Below are positions 57,507 through 64,000 of a stretch of DNA of 64,000 nt, one piece after another. The notes under the pieces are model-generated. The model worked only from the letters and a program-made list of their open reading frames with translations, did no database searches and was not told where the DNA came from. Position 1 is the stretch's first letter, and each line of letters opens with the position of its first letter. The stretch lies in assembly GCA_027923505.1 (NCBI GenBank), contig BROI01000004.1:558001-622000 (forward strand). The letters are read 5' to 3'. The DNA is from Mayamaea pseudoterrestris. Lineage: Eukaryota. The translations under genes and the position numbers were made by a program.

Positions 57507-58469
57507 CTACTTCTCGATTGAATTATACGCTACTTGCACGAGTTTGCCCGACCATGTTTTCTCAAATGCTGACCAGTCCTCGGGAATCATTTTTAAAGAC
57601 CAAATGGTAACTCTCAAGGCATTGCCATCATTGTTGAGTGCATATGCCCGCTGGATGATCTTCGTCAGAAAATCGTACTTGCGACAACCATCTTTATGGT
57701 CCCAAAGGATATGGTAGGCGCTCTTGGCGAGGGCATTTAACTTGTTAATGTGGTCATCGTCACCATTCTGGCCGAGATACTGACGTGCACTCTCGTGGTC
57801 GAGATTGACGATTTGGACGAGACAAGTCATCACAGCTTCAAGCTGACGACTGGTCGCAGATTCGTTGTCGAAACTTACCTTCATTCTTTTCGCGGAAGAA
57901 TGACCATCGTTCAATGTCGAGGTGTCTTCCACAAGAAGGGCTTTGGGTGTTTGCGATTCTGATGACTCGCCATTGCAAGGTCGCGCAAAAGCGCAGGCAC
58001 GTGTTGTCTTGCTGCCTTGCGAGTGTTGGATGCTTTGACGGGCCCCAATCGTCAATGACTCAGCAGGGAGATTAAGTCGCGGTGTAAGTGCATTCTCGTT
58101 AAAGTTTTGGGCGTTTTCAATGATCTCCTTCCCAAAGAAAAATTCCTCCAATCCGGCATCTCGAAGCAGCTGCATGCACTCCGGCACTAGTTTCCACAAA
58201 CCAAGCTTTTCATGCCATTGAAATCCTTTTGGCGGCTGACCTTTTGGACGCCGAAAGAATCTTCCGTATAATTTTGTGGGGGTTTCCTTGGGTTTCATGT
58301 AGCCATTTGGTAGCAAGCGATCATCTTGCTTCATCTTTGCGAGTCGTAGGTTCAAAACTTTCATATCAAGCTCCCCTGATGACAGTGCATTGTTGAAGAC
58401 GACTGCAACTTTAGGGCTACTCACCATTGCTTGCTCATGCGTCGCTGCTTCGTTTGGAAACGTGGACAT
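57507..58469 (-). CDS. Unknown protein, tandem paralogue B
   Basis: 320-aa ATG ORF. Blocks FRRPKGQPPKGFQWHEKLGLWKL and AYHILWDHKDGCRKYDFLTK shared with the neighbour. Confidence 0.78.
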   Translation of the reverse strand: MSTFPNEAATHEQAMVSSPKVAVVFNNALSSGELDMKVLNLRLAKMKQDDRLLPNGYMKPKETPTKLYGRFFRRPKGQPPKGFQWHEKLGLWKLVPECMQLLRDAGLEEFFFGKEIIENAQNFNENALTPRLNLPAESLTIGARQSIQHSQGSKTTRACAFARPCNGESSESQTPKALLVEDTSTLNDGHSSAKRMKVSFDNESATSRQLEAVMTCLVQIVNLDHESARQYLGQNGDDDHINKLNALAKSAYHILWDHKDGCRKYDFLTKIIQRAYALNNDGNALRVTIWSLKMIPEDWSAFEKTWSGKLVQVAYNSIEK

Positions 58470-58788
58470 GGCAGTCGCTGAACCTCAATCTTTCACTGGC
58501 AGGGTAACAGGTGCTTGCGTAGTCTAACCGTTCAAGGTTGTTACCGCCTTTACATACCTGAGATTTGTGGCAACGCCGTACGCCTTTGGTGGTCATTATC
58601 GCCAGTCTCCGACGTCCATGCAAATTTTGAATCAACGAAAAGTTGCGGGACTTCTCCGTTCGCATTGCTCCAAACGGTGTCGTAGTGTTATTGTTCGGTA
58701 CCGCTACGACAGTCGCCCACCGGCTTGATCAACATCGCTCATCGCTTCGACAGCATAATGGGCGACTCCAATAAAACGAGCAACGCCA

Positions 58789-60236
58789 ATGCAGACAAGC
58801 TTCTTGTTGCTTCTCCTACCATTCATCGTTGGCTTTCTCTCGATTATACTTAAAATCAGTCAGAACTCCATTTTGTGTCCCGAGTACAGCGAGTCCTGCA
58901 ACGGCGACAGAAAGCTTTCGCCAAAAATCATGAAAATCTCTTTGCTGGTTGAACCATCGCCCATTACCTACATTTGTGGGTATGCCAATCGCTTCCAGGC
59001 ATTAATGTCTCATTTAAAGAAGCGAAACGATAACGTGGAACTTGTCACGACCGAAGTCGTTGTCAAGGACAAGCCAGGCAACTTTCTCGGATTTCCACTC
59101 ATTTACGCACCCGGCTTTCGACTACCCTTTTATCCGTCCATGAGCATGAGCTGCGACTGGACGTTCCAAATGATTCGCTCCCTATGGCGATTCAAACCAC
59201 AATTGATTCACTGCTCGAGTCCTAGCTTCATGCTTGGGTCGGCCATTTTCTATGCGCGCCTTTTGCGGCCCACGCCCTTGGTCGTTTCGTACCATACGCA
59301 CCTTCCGGCCTACGTGGGCGGAGACAATTCGTATGTTCCGCAATTTGTTTCGCCCATTGTGCAAGCAGGTATGTGACACATAAATGTTGTTGTGAGCATC
59401 GTTTGCCCCGTGTTTCAACCCACTCTCGGTCTTTTTTCGCAGGCGTCTGGGTTTGGATACATGTCATGCACATATGGGCCGACTTGGTGGTCGTTACTTC
59501 ACCACAGATTCAGCAAGAGTTTCAAGACTATGCACACATACATCCCGAGGTTTGGCTCAAGGGAATCGACACGGACCGCTTCCATCCTCGCTTCAAATCG
59601 GAAACGATGCGATACAAAATGACCAACGGCAATCCTCACGACTTTTTAATGGTATACATTGGTCGACTGGGACAGGAGAAGCGACTCGTCGAGCTGCGCG
59701 ACATGTTGGAGCGCATGCCGGACGATACGCGACTGTGCATTGTTGGGACTGGCCCGCAGGAGGCTTACTTGCGAAAGTACTTTGCCGGCACCCGGACTGT
59801 GTTTTTGGGACAACGGACAGGCGACGAGTTAAGCGAGGCCTTTGCGTCGGCCGATGTGTTTGTCATGCCGTCCGATAGCGAAACACTGGGCTTTGTCATT
59901 TTGGAGAGCATGGCGAGTGAGGTTCCTTGCGTGGCGGCCAAAGCTGGTGGCATTCCAAACTTGATTAGCGATGGTGTAACCGGCTACTTGGTGGAGACGA
60001 GCAATATTGACACATACGTTGACAGGATAATGCGATTGTATACGGACAAAAAGCTGAGAATAGAAATGGCAAGGGACGCTCGCGAGGAAACGCTATATTG
60101 GAGCTGGGAGCAAAGCATGGCAAAACTCCGCGATGACCAGTACGCACTTGCTACAAGAAACTTTTACAACCGATTAGAGCGTCGCCTGTGGCGACTTATG
60201 ACGTTTCAAAAGAACCCAGCAGAGCTTGCTCAGTAA
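58789..60236 (+). CDS. SQD2: GT4 glycosyltransferase, sulfoquinovosyltransferase SQD2-like; 2 exons
   Basis: Exons 58789-59368 and 59443-60236; intron 59369-59442. LLVEPSPITYICGYANRF, SYHTHLPAY, KGIDTDRFHP, YIGRLGQEK, FASADVFVMPSDSETLGFVILESMAS. Confidence 0.88.
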
Positions 60237-60268
60237 AAGATTGGATAAACCATGCGTATAAGAACCTA

Positions 60269-62680
60269 TTATAATTGATGTTGGACTCGAAAGGCATCGT
60301 CGCAAGCTATAAAGCTCTCAATCTGAAACACATATTTGCATGTTTCAGGCTCATCCGCCGAAACAATTGTCGTGTCCTTCCCACATGTCACGTATGCATG
60401 CGCGGATCGTTGCGGTCCATTCCAGCACTTGGCACCTCTCTCCCATCTCCAAACTCTCTGACCCAATTCTGCGTCTACGGTTGCTTCAGACCATTTGCCC
60501 AGATCTGTTCCACCGGAGCTCCCTTCTTTTTGCTTCGCCTGACCAAACATGCAGAGCTCATAGGTATATTTGCCAGTCGTGATGGAGAAACAAGAGTCCT
60601 TGACCGAGTGTAACTCGCCATCTACACCAAATTTGCTTGGATCATCGCCGCCAATGGATGCCTGCAACTCGACAATGCTGTCTTCAATCGCCTTCTTATC
60701 TCCTTCGACAGCATTTACACTATCTTCCAGACTTTTTAATTCAGTCTGCGACTTCTCGTCAAGGTCGAGAGACAGACTCGCCAAAGCAACGCTCAAATCA
60801 TCAGCGTCGTCCCGGGGCTCCACTACAAAGTAGTCCATATAGCCGTCGGGCATTTCAGAAGAAATTAAATCCTTCCCAGCACACACTTGAGACGAATCAA
60901 CACTCCCTTGCCGATTGCAGAAACTCTCCGCTGCCTTCAGTATTAAAGTACTTGGCACCCTCACTGACCTCGTTTCCACTGTCCGCTCGATGACCTTCGG
61001 CGGACAAGCCGACGTCCATGGCGCGATGCACGTTTCTGCCTCGTCCAGCATATTACTATCATTAAGCTCCGGAACAACTGCTCGCAATATATGCCACAGT
61101 TGCACAGATGATAGCTTCCCATGGTTGATTGTCCCAACAGTCAGTGTATACAGAAACTTTCGCCTGGTCTCAGACTCAGCAAAATTGTAAGATGCAAAAG
61201 CACCGAGCAGTACCTTCGCAGATACACCATAGTCGATGCCACGGTTTATACGCTTCGTAAGTTGCTCAAGCTTTGACTTGACCATTGGTACCGACTCTTC
61301 CTCGAATGGGAGTGCTGGCGCAACAACCCCATCGGTTGCCTGACCAATCTCACCTTCTGCATCGCCTTCTTTCTTATCTTCATCAGCTTTCTTGGTCGCA
61401 TGCTCTATCAAGTCTAGCATTTCTGCCGACTGCTCGAGAAAGGAAACTCGCGGTCTCGAAAAGGTTGTCTCACGCAGAGCGCCGATAAGCTCATCTCGAT
61501 TGGCACCACCATCATTTTCGTCGTCAGGTGCGGTCCTATGGATAAAACCACCCTCGCTCTCAGCACCACGCCACTTTTCTTGCATCTCTCTATGCAGCCG
61601 ATCAGCTTCTTCTGCGTCGTCCTCTTCGCCCTCCTCCTCCTCGTCCTCCTCCTCGTGATGATACATGTCGTCCGTCATGTAGGCATCGTCATCCAGTTCT
61701 CGCGTCAGCCGACGACCATGCTGCTTTTTCTTTGGAGAGTTACTGCCCCATGTTTTCTTGTCTTGCTTGAGGTAATGATGAAACAGATTGCCTAGAACCT
61801 TTAATCCGTCGTCGGTCTCTCGCAATAGATTGACTTCATACGTGTTTGGCTCCCACTTTAAGCCAGCATCCAACCCAGCCAACCGTAGAGGGCCGCACGT
61901 TTGAAGGTCTTCCGCATCCTCCATTTCGCCGGCCGATTGACAAGCATGAATGATAACGTCGAACAGTTCGTCATCCGTGAGGGCTTCCAAAAGGCCTAAA
62001 GCATCATGTGACGACGAATCTTCTGGAGCAGTCGCTAGTTTCATGCTGATTGATTCAACGTGCGCTAGTCTTGCTGACGCATATTCAAGCTTCCAGTCCT
62101 GTACTTGTTGCTTGGCTTGTTCCAATCTTGCTCCGACCGTTTCCAACGCGACATACTTTTGCTGCACTTGCACTTGCACCGTCTGCTGTAGACTTTCAAA
62201 TTCCGCAATGGCTGCTTGACGCTTCTTGTAGCCTTGATCAAACGTTTCCTTGGCCTGTTGCTTTCGTTCCCGCTCGGCCGCCAGTAGCTCGGCGCAATTG
62301 TCGACGCAAACGTTTGGGTACTCATCGGCGCCGTCGCAGCAATCGCAAATGCCGTCGTATAGTTTACTGACACTGATGCTTAGATGGGGTTGCTGCGGAC
62401 AAGTATATAGTAGTGATGGCGCTGTTTGGTCATCTGTGGCAGCAGCATTGCGTCCGGGCCAATAGTCTATTCCAGCGCAGGCGTTGGTGCTTGGCTCGTC
62501 GGCACCGTTCGTTGGACAGTCGCAAAAGTCGTCATTGATGCGATCGTCGGAAATACTTTGCATCTCCGTCGAGCCAAAGCCAATGGGGCATTGTAGAATT
62601 GCTTGGATCGTCAATGTATTGATGAACGCAATTTGTATGCATAGTTGCAACTGCATTCGTACGTTCCAGCGTCGCATCAT
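60269..62680 (-). CDS. Glucosidase II beta subunit (PRKCSH/GTB1-like)
   Basis: Signal peptide; INDDFCDC..GADEPSTNAC and DGICDCCDGADE; coiled coil; acidic tract; MRH domain YTYELCMFG..GAKCWNGPQRS..EPETCKY. Confidence 0.92.
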   Translation of the reverse strand: MMRRWNVRMQLQLCIQIAFINTLTIQAILQCPIGFGSTEMQSISDDRINDDFCDCPTNGADEPSTNACAGIDYWPGRNAAATDDQTAPSLLYTCPQQPHLSISVSKLYDGICDCCDGADEYPNVCVDNCAELLAAERERKQQAKETFDQGYKKRQAAIAEFESLQQTVQVQVQQKYVALETVGARLEQAKQQVQDWKLEYASARLAHVESISMKLATAPEDSSSHDALGLLEALTDDELFDVIIHACQSAGEMEDAEDLQTCGPLRLAGLDAGLKWEPNTYEVNLLRETDDGLKVLGNLFHHYLKQDKKTWGSNSPKKKQHGRRLTRELDDDAYMTDDMYHHEEEDEEEEGEEDDAEEADRLHREMQEKWRGAESEGGFIHRTAPDDENDGGANRDELIGALRETTFSRPRVSFLEQSAEMLDLIEHATKKADEDKKEGDAEGEIGQATDGVVAPALPFEEESVPMVKSKLEQLTKRINRGIDYGVSAKVLLGAFASYNFAESETRRKFLYTLTVGTINHGKLSSVQLWHILRAVVPELNDSNMLDEAETCIAPWTSACPPKVIERTVETRSVRVPSTLILKAAESFCNRQGSVDSSQVCAGKDLISSEMPDGYMDYFVVEPRDDADDLSVALASLSLDLDEKSQTELKSLEDSVNAVEGDKKAIEDSIVELQASIGGDDPSKFGVDGELHSVKDSCFSITTGKYTYELCMFGQAKQKEGSSGGTDLGKWSEATVDAELGQRVWRWERGAKCWNGPQRSAHAYVTCGKDTTIVSADEPETCKYVFQIESFIACDDAFRVQHQL

Positions 62681-63067
62681 TGTGTGAAAGTCGATTTGCT
62701 TTGTTGAAACGCACAAATGATAAGCAAAGGCTTTGTGCCGAGACAATTTCAATCAACACTAGCAACCGTAAAGCTGCTTATTTCATGTACGTATAACACT
62801 GATTGTCCCAGAAGAAGCTGCGCCAATACGACGGCTGAAAGATCTCATGGTCATCTTTCGACATGGTCGATCGGGCCTGCGAAACGTGTTCGAGTACCGG
62901 TACGATGTCTGACGCATTGTTATTATTGCTCGCATGATCAGCTCATCCACAAGCAAGATACAACCTTTGCCAAAGACTACCGGTAGTATCGACTAACAAC
63001 CGTTCAAAGTGTAGCACAGAAATAAAATCTTTAAATATATGGAGAAAGACCACCGCTCGAGGTAACT

Positions 63068-64000
63068 CTACTCATCATCCGGCGCACCCAAAATACCAAG
63101 TTGCTCATATATTTGCCCAATGCGATCATACTGGTCGACAATCTCATTCATGTAAGTCCTCCGTGTCTCCAAGTCATTTTGTAGAAAGAGTGGATTACCG
63201 CGCGATGGCAGTACAAACTTGAATCGATCAATATACTCGTCAATCAATTTCCGCGCCGACTCCATTTGCTTTTGCATGCCAGCCTTGCTCGTGGAAATGT
63301 AGCCCCGACAGTCGAGCGCCGGACCAGTGGAAGCGTCGCCCAGGTTTTCATCCACGCGGTCGTCCTCCACGGGAATGGTGAAACCCGATGCCACAATAAA
63401 TTGATGCGGAAACACGTACGAAACACTTCCGTACGTGTGACCAGGAGTGTATACGGCAATGACTTGCTTGCCTTGCTCCTTGCGTCGAATAGACTCAATG
63501 GTGTATTCGTCAGCCTGCGCCTTTAGTTCTTCCTCGCTCACGTTCGGAATGGCTTGCTTTCCATTCATGACTCGCTCCGTGGTTTCAAAGTCCCACTCAT
63601 TGTACGTGAGCGGCCGTCCCGTTTCGATAAAGGTCCCGTTTTCGAGCATGGCGAAGGGGCCGTATCCATCCAGCACTTGCGTCACGAACGGTCGACAGTC
63701 GCGCGGTGTGTCAAGTCGGTAGCTGACAGTGGTCATTCCTGGAAAGGCGCTCGTCCATGCGTTCAAGTCGGAACGACGTGCGACGAAAACGCCAGGCATG
63801 TCGTCGTAGTGTATATTGTCGCGACTGGTAATGAGTATGCTTTTCAGAGTGCCGGATGTTCCCATGAACTCCTTGATGCGACTGACGAGTTGCGGCGAGT
63901 AGGGAGGAACGTCAATCAAGACGTAGTCGACTTGTTCCGTGGGCGATGGCTTTGACGGTTTCCTCTTCGTTGTAGCTTTCGACGAATCATCAATTCTTTC
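63068..64000 (-). CDS. Metallo-beta-lactamase-fold protein, 5'-partial, degenerate metal motif
   Basis: Frame is open to the window edge. VLIDVPPYS, ILITSRDNIH (where HxHxDH is expected), YTPGHTYGS, VLPSRG. Confidence 0.65.
   Translation of the reverse strand, partial: ERIDDSSKATTKRKPSKPSPTEQVDYVLIDVPPYSPQLVSRIKEFMGTSGTLKSILITSRDNIHYDDMPGVFVARRSDLNAWTSAFPGMTTVSYRLDTPRDCRPFVTQVLDGYGPFAMLENGTFIETGRPLTYNEWDFETTERVMNGKQAIPNVSEEELKAQADEYTIESIRRKEQGKQVIAVYTPGHTYGSVSYVFPHQFIVASGFTIPVEDDRVDENLGDASTGPALDCRGYISTSKAGMQKQMESARKLIDEYIDRFKFVLPSRGNPLFLQNDLETRRTYMNEIVDQYDRIGQIYEQLGILGAPDDE

Noticed and set aside
1..64000. Prokaryote-style operon, defence island, CRISPR array or transposase/RT genes
   Set aside because: Spliceosomal introns and eukaryotic housekeeping genes occur throughout; no spaced direct repeats or TE protein motifs were seen.

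Overview
Gene-dense eukaryotic nuclear DNA, most likely from a pennate diatom. The support is short GT-AG introns of 65-128 nt, bipartite signal peptide + F-motif plastid presequences, and diatom-typical DUF6824, BTB and TM-LRR families; the organism is an inference. About 29 protein-coding genes are supported, eight with introns that can be reconstructed by hand. No rRNA, tRNA, CRISPR array or autonomous transposon was recognised. Most notable: (1) an XPG/FEN1-type PIN nuclease fused to a DEAH/RHA helicase; (2) a ~1860-aa protein with no plastid presequence whose RelA/SpoT-synthetase-like domain is completed only by splicing; (3) a DOCK-family protein that ends before the catalytic DHR-2 lobe C, plus a separate CaaX-tailed protein with WH2-like and CCDC53-like motifs; (4) an oriented ACCATGG motif upstream of many genes; (5) a ~240-nt densely self-complementary segment upstream of an mgtE gene; (6) a tandem pair of unknown paralogues. 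All family calls come from motif recognition by eye, not database searches.
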